DNA of 64,000 nt from Myxococcales bacterium (GCA_003142855.1 PLNW01000086.1:5273-69272); one strand, 5' to 3'. Positions 48,254-56,377 are shown, numbered from the stretch's first letter. A program made the numbers and translations. Notes: generated from the sequence alone by a model not told the origin.

Positions 48254-48775
48254 ATGGGTCTTGCGCTGGTCGAAGTCGTCATTGTTGTCGAGGATGCGTT
48301 CGGAATTCCCATCCCCGACGAGGACATGCAGCGCATCGCTACGCCGCGCGCGCTGGTGGACTACCTGATGGAGAAACTGGCCCCGTCACCCGAGGAGGTC
48401 GCGCACTCCACCCGGCGCGCGTTTGCCACCTTGTGCAAGGCCATCGTGCAGGTGCTCGGTCCGCAGCACGTCGAGATTGTTCCCTCGACGACATGGGACA
48501 GCCTGCTGCCTCGCTCGCACGCCCACGCCGACCAGCTGTGGTACGAGCTCGAGAAGCAAGTCGGCGGCCCCTTGCGCCGCGATCACGGGGCCGCAGCCAT
48601 CGTGGGACACACGGCGCTGCAGATTTCCGAGCGCGGCACACCGGGTCCGCAGGAGGTGGCAGGTCCACGCACGCGCGAGGAGATTGCGGCTTCCGTGCGT
48701 CGCCTCATCCATGAGAAGTTGGAGGTGAAGGAATTTACCGACGACACGCCGTTTGTGGCGATGGGACTCGACTGA
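48254..48775 (+). CDS. ACP-like (PP-binding-like) protein lacking the phosphopantetheine serine
   Basis: ATG 48254 is preceded by GGAGA. The N-terminus MGLALVEVVIVVEDAFGIPIPDEDM..LVDYL resembles ACP helices II-IV. The C-terminus ..IAASVRRLIHEKLEV..FVAMGLD* resembles helix I. Confidence 0.45.
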   Translation: MGLALVEVVIVVEDAFGIPIPDEDMQRIATPRALVDYLMEKLAPSPEEVAHSTRRAFATLCKAIVQVLGPQHVEIVPSTTWDSLLPRSHAHADQLWYELEKQVGGPLRRDHGAAAIVGHTALQISERGTPGPQEVAGPRTREEIAASVRRLIHEKLEVKEFTDDTPFVAMGLD

Positions 48776-48779
48776 CAGA

Positions 48780-50750
48780 TCAGTCGCGAAGCCGGCGGAG
48801 GTGCTCGCGCGCCACCGGTGCCGACAAGTGATTGGGTGAGCGTGCCAGCAACTCCCTGAAGGCCGTGGCGGCTTCGGCGCGCCGGCCCAGGGTTTCGAGG
48901 GCCAGCCCGCGGCCGAAGCAGGATTCGTCATTGGCCGGCCACGCGGCCAGAACGGCGTCGAAATCGACGAGCGCCGATGCCGCTTGGCCCATCCCGAGCA
49001 GGGCGAAGCCGTGGTTGTTGCGGGCTTCAGGCGCGGCCAGCCCGTCGAGCAAGGTCGCCGCTTGGGCCAGCTCGCCCAGTCGTAGGGCCACCGCACCCAC
49101 AGCCTGTCGCACGCCGTCCTGCCAGCCCGAATCCAGGCATGTCCCGGTGGGCGCTGCCAGCGCGGTCTGGTAGGCGAGCCGGGCGGCCCGATCGTCGCCA
49201 GCGCTGCGGTGAAAATCGCCCAGGCGGCGCTGCCATTCGCAGGTCGGAAGCGCGGCTTCCGGCGGCTCTTGCAGCAAGGGAGCTGTCTGCAGGCCCATCG
49301 TCGGCGTGTAGCTGAAGCTGAGGGGAACCTCCAGCTCCGCGATGAGGGCCGCGCGTTCCGGCAGGCGGCGCGTGAACACCAGCCCATCGGCGGCCCGATA
49401 CACCAGCGCCCATTTTCCTGGATCGAACCATGCGCCCCGTGGATTCACGGTGGGATAGGTGAGCAAAGCGGCGTCGACAGAGAAATCGTCGAGCAGGCGC
49501 TGCCACTCCTCGCGCGAGAGGTCCGCGCGGCGCAAGACCGCGTGGAACGACTCGGGATAGCCGTTGATTCGTGGATCCTGAAACACGCGAAAGCGCGGCC
49601 AGCCCTGCCAGGTCAGGTACGAGCCGACCTCGAGATCGTTGTACATGCGCGGCCGCAGCCCATGTCGATCGACAAAGGCGATGGCCGCCTCGGGCACCAG
49701 ATCCGCCTCGAGTCCGATGTCGAACCAGCGGGAACCGGCCCAGGCAGCCTGGGCGCGAGGAACCACCGTCAGCGCCAGCAAGGCCGCCGCCGCAGACCAC
49801 GCCAGTGCCCGGCCACGCCACGCAGGCAGCAAGCGACTAGCCGCGACCGCCAGCGCCGGGCCAGCCAAGATGGAAAACTCGGCCACGAAACGGATGCGGA
49901 AAGCCCCCAGCAGGGCCAGCGCAATCAAGGGAACGAGAATGCGCAGAGGAAACAGAGCCCGCGTTTTTCGCAAGAGAATCGACCCCAACAGCGCGGTGGC
50001 CAGACCAAGCAGTAAGAAGAAGAAAGGCCCGTCGAGCGGCCAGCGCGCCGTCCGATATTCCTGCAGGGGCCGCAGCCAGGGCATCCGGATGTGGTTGGCA
50101 ATGTAGGAGAGACAGCGAATTCCCGAGGGCGTGGCAAACATCAGAGGCACAAGCGCGAGCCCAACCAGCAGCGCGCGCCAGCCGTGGGCGCGCTTCCCAT
50201 CCAGCCACGCGCCGGCGGCGTAGAGCAGGAGAATCGCGGGCGCCAGAAAGAAGCACGAGTTGGCGTTGGCCCAGAGGAGTCCGAGCGGAACCAGCAGCCA
50301 CAAGAGGCGCGGCCGTCCTGCCTCCGCGCGTTCCAGGGCCAGGAGCAGCAGCGCCAATCCGAGGAAGGTCACCAGGTGGGGACGTTCGACGAAGCGCGGT
50401 TCAGCCGACCACGCCGCCAGCGCCAGGGCCAGGGCCGCCAGCGCCGGGTGCGCTCCCCGCCGCACAGCCACGCGAAAAAGTATGGCCCATGTGCCCAGCA
50501 CGAAGCCGGTCTTGAGTAGCACCGTGCCCGGGATCCCTGCCGCACGATGGGCGAGCGCGAGCACGATCTGAAAAAGCCATGCCAGGTTGATGTCCGTGGC
50601 CGTCGGGTAGGTGAAGGAAAGCAGATTCTCGGTGGGCACATGGCCGGTGGAAAGAACGATATCGCCCAGACGCAGGTTGAAGAACAGATCCGTCTCGTCC
50701 ATCGGCACCAGGCAGCGCCCCGCGACGAACAAGAGCAGCAGATAGATCAC
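48780..50750 (-). CDS. Polytopic membrane protein with C-terminal TPR domain
   Basis: About 11 TM segments, then TPR-like repeats (..AARLAYQTALAA.., ..EAATAFRELLARSP..). Confidence 0.5.
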   Translation of the reverse strand: MIYLLLLFVAGRCLVPMDETDLFFNLRLGDIVLSTGHVPTENLLSFTYPTATDINLAWLFQIVLALAHRAAGIPGTVLLKTGFVLGTWAILFRVAVRRGAHPALAALALALAAWSAEPRFVERPHLVTFLGLALLLLALERAEAGRPRLLWLLVPLGLLWANANSCFFLAPAILLLYAAGAWLDGKRAHGWRALLVGLALVPLMFATPSGIRCLSYIANHIRMPWLRPLQEYRTARWPLDGPFFFLLLGLATALLGSILLRKTRALFPLRILVPLIALALLGAFRIRFVAEFSILAGPALAVAASRLLPAWRGRALAWSAAAALLALTVVPRAQAAWAGSRWFDIGLEADLVPEAAIAFVDRHGLRPRMYNDLEVGSYLTWQGWPRFRVFQDPRINGYPESFHAVLRRADLSREEWQRLLDDFSVDAALLTYPTVNPRGAWFDPGKWALVYRAADGLVFTRRLPERAALIAELEVPLSFSYTPTMGLQTAPLLQEPPEAALPTCEWQRRLGDFHRSAGDDRAARLAYQTALAAPTGTCLDSGWQDGVRQAVGAVALRLGELAQAATLLDGLAAPEARNNHGFALLGMGQAASALVDFDAVLAAWPANDESCFGRGLALETLGRRAEAATAFRELLARSPNHLSAPVAREHLRRLRD

Positions 50751-50800
50751 GGCGACCCATCATGCCGGAGTGCCGCGACCGCGCCAAGCCGGCGTGATGG

Positions 50801-50971
50801 TTACATGCGCGCGCCGGATCCGATCAGATAGCCGAGCAGGGCGCCGTACAGGGTAGAGATGTGCGGGCTCGACGTGATGGGACAGGTGCCCGTGCGGCAG
50901 CCCACCACCTTGTAGTAGGCGAACCCGAGCACGCCGCCACCGACGACGGAAGCCAAGGTGTACAAAATCAT
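50801..50971 (-). CDS. Small 2-TM protein with GCxTGxCP motif (DUF6132-like)
   Basis: Start re-called to ATG 50971: MILYTLASVVGGGVLGFAYYKVVGCRTGTCPITSSP..; lies immediately downstream of thioredoxin. Confidence 0.5.
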   Translation of the reverse strand: MILYTLASVVGGGVLGFAYYKVVGCRTGTCPITSSPHISTLYGALLGYLIGSGARM

Positions 50972-51005
50972 TTTGGTGTCCCGAGCATGCGCCAGCCGCA
51001 TGAAA

Positions 51006-51404
51006 TCACTCGCAACTGCAGCCTCCGCCGCACTCCGAAGTCTTCGGGGCTGCCTGCTGGGCGGCGTCGGCACGGACCTTGACCATGTCGAGTCCTTTGA
51101 TTTGCTCGATCAGCTCTCGCAACGCAGCCGCGGGCAAGGCCCCTGCCTGTTCGAAAAGCAGGATTCCGTCGCGAAACCCCATCAGGGTCGGAATGGCCTG
51201 GATGCCGAAGCTGCTGGCCAGCCCGGATTCGTCCTCGGTGTTGACCTTGCCGAACACCACGTCTGGGTGCGCCTCCGAAGCTTTCTCGAACACTGGGCCG
51301 AACACCCGGCAGGGCCCGCACCAGGGTGCCCAGAAGTCCACCAGCACGATTCCGTTGGCGACAGTCTCTTTGAAGTTGCTCTCGTTCAGGGCCTTGGTTG
51401 CCAT
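51006..51404 (-). CDS. trxA: Thioredoxin with Cys-rich C-terminal extension
   Basis: Start re-called to ATG 51404. The active site is WAPWCGPC. There is an extra ~30-aa tail ending SECGGGCSCE. Confidence 0.88.
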   Translation of the reverse strand: MATKALNESNFKETVANGIVLVDFWAPWCGPCRVFGPVFEKASEAHPDVVFGKVNTEDESGLASSFGIQAIPTLMGFRDGILLFEQAGALPAAALRELIEQIKGLDMVKVRADAAQQAAPKTSECGGGCSCE

Positions 51405-51479
51405 GTTCAATCTCCTCTTGCCTAGTGTGAGCGAGGTTTGTCCAAAAGGATTCGCGCGGCGGCGAGGTAGAATTGGGAC

Positions 51480-51620
51480 ATGGACGGAATCGCGCTGGGC
51501 CAGGCCACGCCCGGCCCCATCATCATCACCGCGACCTTCATTGGCCAACAGGTCGCAGGTCTGGCCGGCGCGGTCGTGGCCACCGCGTGCATCTTCGCAC
51601 CTTTTGCCGCTTCCCGGTCG
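51480..51620 (+). pseudogene. Internal fragment of a chromate transporter (ChrA/CHR family) gene
   Basis: DGIALGQATPGPIIITATFIGQQVAGLAGAVVATACIFAPF matches the conserved CHR repeat motif (..aqltPGP...a.fiGy..aG..Ga..At..if.P.f). No N- or C-terminal remainder is present. Confidence 0.5.
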
Positions 51621-51885
51621 GCCATACTCAATGTCAGGCTGTGGTCATGGAGCACGACGTTGCAATTCTGTCCATTGACCCTGAACCGCCCTGCTGCCTT
51701 GCTTTGCCTTGTTGTCGTCTGACCGTCGGTGCGCCTTGGCGGCGGGGCGTTGGGTAGGTCTGCCCACTGTCAGTTTACACCAATCCGACTCGCTCGTGCC
51801 TGAGCGCCAGCACCGCCAAGCGGTATGAAACTCCGGGCCCCTTGGCTGCGACCTGTTTCGCGGCTAGTCTGGAGCCGAGGTCAGC

Positions 51886-53001
51886 ATGATCAAGCGTCTC
51901 TATGTCGACAACTACAAGTGCCTTGTAAACTTCGAGATCGCGCCCGCCCAAGTCGCGTGTCTGGTCGGCCCCAATGGCGGCGGAAAGTCGGCCGTGTTCG
52001 GTGCGCTGCAGGGACTTCAGGGCTTTCTCGCAGGCCAACTCGCGGCAGACGCCTTCCCTACGTGGACGCGCACACGATGGGACAAGCGGGCCAGCCAGCG
52101 ATTCGAGTTGGACCTGCGAGGATTCGAGGGCACGTTGTTTCACTACGAGCTGGTTGTTCGGCACGACGAAAGTTCACGGCGCGCAGCTGTGGAGCGCGAA
52201 GCCGTATCGACAAACGGCGCACTCCTGTACGAGCATACCGGCGAGGAGATCCGCCTTTTTGCCGACGAACCGACGGCCACACCACGAATGGTTTTTCCGG
52301 CCGATCCCCGGCGGTCATTCTTGCCTCTGCTGCAAGCGAGTCCCGAAAACAAGTTGTTGACCGCGTTCAAGGAATGGAACGCCCGTATGTGGCTGTTTGC
52401 CCTTCGGCCTTCCGAGATCAGCCCCGACTCCACGGTCGAATCGGACATGCTTTCCACGGACGGCAAGAACTTCGTGTCGTGGTATCGAACCATTCTGCAG
52501 GAAACGCCTGCCACCGCCAGTCAGATTTGGCAGGATCTCCGCCCGATCGTTCCTGGTCTGCAAGCGATCAAGCTGCAAAAGCTCGGAGTGGATGCGCGGT
52601 TGTTGCTGCTGGACTGTGAGATTGCGGGCCGCCCATTTTCATTGGCCCTCGGCGAACTTTCGGATGGGCAGCGAATCCTGCTTCTGCACTACGCCATCCT
52701 TCATGCCCTGGCGCCCGCAGCGTCGCTCATCGTATTCGATGAGCCCGACAACTTCGTGGCCGAGGAAGAGATCCAGCCGTGGTTGTCGCAAATGCGAGAT
52801 GCAATCGTCGACGCAAAACGGGGAACCCTGATGGCCATATCGCACCATCACCGGGTTATTGACTATCTGGCCGCGGACCAAGCCTGGGAACTTCGGCGCG
52901 CCGAAGAGGGGCCGACCCGTCTGCAGAACATCCGCGTTCCACGCGATACGGGTATGACGGCGTCTGAGTTTCTCAGGCTCGGGGTGTCCCATGCCGAGTA
53001 G
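51886..53001 (+). CDS. SMC/ABC-type (AAA_15/AAA_21-like) ATPase
   Basis: MIKRLYVDNYKCL.., Walker A GPNGGGKS, signature-like LSDGQR, Walker B LIVFDE and H-loop ISHHH. Confidence 0.85.
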   Translation: MIKRLYVDNYKCLVNFEIAPAQVACLVGPNGGGKSAVFGALQGLQGFLAGQLAADAFPTWTRTRWDKRASQRFELDLRGFEGTLFHYELVVRHDESSRRAAVEREAVSTNGALLYEHTGEEIRLFADEPTATPRMVFPADPRRSFLPLLQASPENKLLTAFKEWNARMWLFALRPSEISPDSTVESDMLSTDGKNFVSWYRTILQETPATASQIWQDLRPIVPGLQAIKLQKLGVDARLLLLDCEIAGRPFSLALGELSDGQRILLLHYAILHALAPAASLIVFDEPDNFVAEEEIQPWLSQMRDAIVDAKRGTLMAISHHHRVIDYLAADQAWELRRAEEGPTRLQNIRVPRDTGMTASEFLRLGVSHAE

Positions 53002-53530
53002 ACGAATTCGTGTGCGAGTATGGTGCGAGGACAGCGAACACGAGGCGTTCGCCAGGTGTCTCTTGGCCGATGTTTTCGGGATCGAGCGACGAGCGATCGA
53101 CGTCAACAAGGCCCCGGATGGAGAGGGCGCCGCTAGCAATTGGGTTGTGCGTCGCTACCAGGAAGAAGTCGTGCCCACGTACCGTCGGGCTCGTCATCAA
53201 GTGGGGCTAGGCTTCCTCGTCTTGGTAGACGGGGACAACGTCGGGTTCAAAGCCCGCCTCGAGAAGCTGAAGGCCGACGAACGCGCCCCGGATGATCGCA
53301 TCGTCCTGCTGGCACCAACTTGGAGTGTGGAGACCTGGGTGCTTTGGCTGGACGGCGAGCCGGTCAAGGAAAGCGAGTCCACGAAGGACCGGCTGCCTCC
53401 CGCAGAGTTCCGGACAAGGCTGAAGAGTGCCATTGCTCGTTGGACGACTCCGCCGCAGGGGGAGAAATTGCCGTCGCTGGCCAACGCGCGAATCGAACTG
53501 AAAAGGTTGCCGACAGAGCCACGTGCCTGA
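52991..53530 (+). CDS. Small Toprim-like protein (DUF4276/RloB-like)
   Basis: Overlaps the ATPase gene by 11 nt. RVRVWCEDSEHEAF (strand plus Glu), FLVLVDGDN (DxD) and SVETWVLW motifs. Confidence 0.6.
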   Translation: MPSRRIRVRVWCEDSEHEAFARCLLADVFGIERRAIDVNKAPDGEGAASNWVVRRYQEEVVPTYRRARHQVGLGFLVLVDGDNVGFKARLEKLKADERAPDDRIVLLAPTWSVETWVLWLDGEPVKESESTKDRLPPAEFRTRLKSAIARWTTPPQGEKLPSLANARIELKRLPTEPRA

Positions 53531-53599
53531 CACAAATCCAGAAGTGCGGCAACTGCGGGGCGGCAGCCCATTTGCCGAGTCCCACTGGCGCGACGAGCA

Positions 53600-54907
53600 G
53601 TGAAACGAAAACTCACTCTCACCGGGCTGGTGGCTGCGACCTACTTCATGGTTGCGGGCGGCCCTTATGGCCTGGAAGAGCTGGTGCGGAATGTGGGCTA
53701 TCGGACGGCGCTGCTGCTCCTTCTGGTGACGCCGCTTGTGTGGAGTCTGCCCACGGCCCTGATGGTGGGTGAACTGGCCAGCACGATTCCCGACGAGGGC
53801 GGATACTACGTCTGGGTCGAGCGGGCCATGGGTCCGTTCTGGGGTTTTCAGGAAGCTTGGCTTTCCCTCTGCGCCAGCGTCTTTGACATGGCCATTTACC
53901 CGACGCTGTTCCTGCTCTATCTGGGGCGACTGTGGCCTGCGGCGTCCCAGGGAAGCGTCGGCCTGGTGATGGGCGTCGCGATTCTGGTGGCCTGTGCGGC
54001 GCTCAACTTGCGCGGCTCGCGTGCCGTGGGCGGGGCGTCCGAACTCATGGCCGTGCTGCTCTTGGGCCCATTCGTTGTCATGGCTATCCTTGCCTTCACT
54101 GGGGCCGCCCCCGCCAGCCCCGTGCCCGCGCCCGCGGCTGGCGGCGATTTCTTCGGAGGAATGTTGATCGCCATGTGGAATTTCGCGGGTTGGGACAATG
54201 CCTCCACTGTGGCGGGTGAGGTGGAACGACCGCAGCGCAATTATCCACTGGCCATCTTCATCACGGTCGGCCTGGTGACCTTGACCTACCTCGTGCCCGT
54301 GGCCGGGGCCGCACATAGGGGGATCGATCCGAGCGGCTGGACCACGGGGTCGTGGGTCAACGTGGGTGACATCATGGGCGGCCGCGGACTCGCGCTGGCC
54401 GTGGGCGTGGGCGGGATGCTGTGCGGTCTGGGCATGGCGAATGCGCTGGTCATGTCGTATTCGCGTCTGCCGCTGGTGCTCGCCTTGAATGGCCGCCTGC
54501 CGCGGGTGTTTGCTCGCCAACTACCCAGCACCGGTGCGCCCTGGGTATCCATTGTGACCCTGACCGCGGCCTGGTGCGTGGCCCTGGGGTTGGGTCTGCA
54601 GCGTCTCATCGAACTCTATGCCCTGCTCTACGGCCTGTCGCTCATGCTCGAATTCGCGGCCTTGGTGATCCTGCGCGTGCGCGAGCCGAACCTGGCGCGA
54701 CCCTTTCGCGTCCCGGGCGGCCTTCCGGTTGCTCTGCTATTGGGAGTGGGACCTGCAGCGCTTCTAGTGCTGGCATTCGCGCGCGAACGGCACGAACACG
54801 CGGGTCAGCTTGGGACGCTTACCCTGGCCCTGACTCTCGCGGCAGCCGGTCCGCTCATCTATGCGCTGGCTGCCCGCGCCCGATCAAGGGCGACGGGCAA
54901 GCGGTAG
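53600..54907 (+). CDS. APC-superfamily amino acid permease
   Basis: 435 aa, 12 TM, GTG start. TIPDEGGYYVWV and FAGWDNAS are typical APC motifs. Confidence 0.88.
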   Translation: MKRKLTLTGLVAATYFMVAGGPYGLEELVRNVGYRTALLLLLVTPLVWSLPTALMVGELASTIPDEGGYYVWVERAMGPFWGFQEAWLSLCASVFDMAIYPTLFLLYLGRLWPAASQGSVGLVMGVAILVACAALNLRGSRAVGGASELMAVLLLGPFVVMAILAFTGAAPASPVPAPAAGGDFFGGMLIAMWNFAGWDNASTVAGEVERPQRNYPLAIFITVGLVTLTYLVPVAGAAHRGIDPSGWTTGSWVNVGDIMGGRGLALAVGVGGMLCGLGMANALVMSYSRLPLVLALNGRLPRVFARQLPSTGAPWVSIVTLTAAWCVALGLGLQRLIELYALLYGLSLMLEFAALVILRVREPNLARPFRVPGGLPVALLLGVGPAALLVLAFARERHEHAGQLGTLTLALTLAAAGPLIYALAARARSRATGKR

Positions 54908-54911
54908 AACC

Positions 54912-54956
54912 TGGTGGGCGCGGCGGGACTCGAACCCACTACCCCCGGCTTCGGAG
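54912..54956 (-). other. 3' half of a tRNA-Arg(CCG): anticodon loop to CCA; putative att site
   Basis: The reverse complement reads loop CTCCGAA, GCCGG, variable GGGTA, T-arm GTGGG-TTCGAGT-CCCGC, acceptor CGCGCCC, A, CCA. No matching 5' half (GGGCGCG, D-arm) follows. Confidence 0.7.
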
Positions 54957-55084
54957 TTCTCGACGCAACATCGCAAGGCGTAGCAGACCTTAGCAAATCG
55001 TTGGGAATTCAACGGGTTGCGCAGAGTGACCTTAGCCGCGCATGGCCAGAGAATGCACCAAATAGCCGATCATTTGGTGCAATA

Positions 55085-55327
55085 GTGGTACAGGCCAAGC
55101 GAGCCGCGGGTAGTGGCTCTTGGAGCGAGTGTCCCTACCTCACCGTCCGCGATGTTGCGGCCAAGCTGAGCATCTGCACGGCCACGGCGTACAGACTGTG
55201 CACGTCAGGAGCGCTCCCCCATGTGCGCGTGCTGAATGCCATCAGGGTGGCACCAGATGACCTGGAGTGTTTCCTTGTCGCTCGCAGCAAGGCAGGGAGC
55301 AACAAGACGAGGACCGAACGCGAATGA
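55085..55327 (+). CDS. Excisionase/AlpA-type helix-turn-helix DNA-binding protein
   Basis: YLTVRDVAAKLSICTATAYRLCTSGALPHVRVLNAIRVAPDDLECFL is the HTH_17/excisionase pattern. The GTG start at 55085 is tentative; the track ORF start 54914 lies inside the tRNA fragment. Confidence 0.55.
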   Translation: MVQAKRAAGSGSWSECPYLTVRDVAAKLSICTATAYRLCTSGALPHVRVLNAIRVAPDDLECFLVARSKAGSNKTRTERE

Positions 55328-55514
55328 GCATGACCACCGAGAAGACAGATCAAGGCACGGCAGAGGCAGCACCGCGTCCTCGACAAGCTCCGGTTCCTGC
55401 TTTACCCAAACAACCTGGCGGAGGCGGATGCTGCCCAGCTTCGGCGGTATGGAGAGGGAATCGTGTAGCTGGGCAAAGAGTAGGGGGAAACATCAAGATA
55501 CCACCCCCCTGGCA

Positions 55515-55603
55515 CCCCGGGCATGCGTGACCCAGGATCGCAGGGCCTGCCGCAATTCGTGGGGAGATAGCCAACTGGCTGGCTGTCCATCATCAGATCT
55601 GTG
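55515..55603 (+). repeat. Copy A of an ~89-nt dispersed direct repeat
   Basis: Aligns by eye with 60723..60810: about 12 mismatches plus 1 indel, including the identical 19-mer GCATGCGTGACCCAGGATC. Confidence 0.85.
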
Positions 55604-56377
55604 CCGGCGTGGAAATGGTCTTGCTCTTCTCCGGGGCACACCTGGCCAGGATGACCTTCCACCCGTTTCTTGCCGCGCACGCATCAGCCAAGATGCTGTT
55701 CACCTCGACCGGGCCCACCCGCTCGGCTGACACCTTTCTTGGCAATCTTGATCGACTTGATCGACTGCCCGGCGACCACAAACCACAACTCCAGGTAAAA
55801 TCTAAGGATGGCCTTCGGCAACCCCCACTCCGACATGCCCCGCGACCCGCTTTTAGCGCTGCTGTGCATCGCCGTCATCGCGACCCTTCTGCCGGTTGCA
55901 ATTCTTCTCAAACTCCTGGTCTACGCGCTGGACGCCTGGACCCGTCGCAAGACGCCCCGACACACTCACGACTTCCTGGAGGGACATCCACCGAAGACGC
56001 CGGTGCCCCGACGGCTATTTGCTCCCCCCAACCATCAAGGACCTGAGAACCGTCAGGGGGTACGCCACAGTCTGCGCACCTGACGCAAAAGCATGGAAGA
56101 CCACGCCGACATAGCGGGAGCCAAGGCCGTGAGAAATGTAGCTCCGTGGTGTACGGCCAAGGTCACCTGGTTGCCGTGACGGCGAACTACTTCCTCGGCC
56201 CCATCGTGGTGATCGTGTTTTTGGCAGGCTAGTGGAAACATCCGCCGGGCGGTGGGGCCAACAAGCCGGGAGGGTGACGAAACCGAGGTCGGCTGGCCGC
56301 CACGCATAGGCAAGATGCAAGAGCACGGCGAGCGGGGTTACCATGGTGACGATGCCAACCACCTGCCAGACCTGCGC

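Noticed and set aside
54912-55000. Complete tRNA or tmRNA 3' domain on the minus strand.
   Set aside because: Only the anticodon loop through CCA folds. No complementary anticodon-stem strand, D-arm or 5' acceptor strand is present. The acceptor also lacks the G3:U70 expected for a tmRNA.
55236-56083. Track ORFs 55236..55730, 55609..56046 and 55808..56083 considered as real island genes.
   Set aside because: They overlap one another and a minus-strand ORF with shared wobble positions. They run through the non-coding 89-nt repeat and have no recognisable domains. I treat them as an eroded region rather than annotating them.
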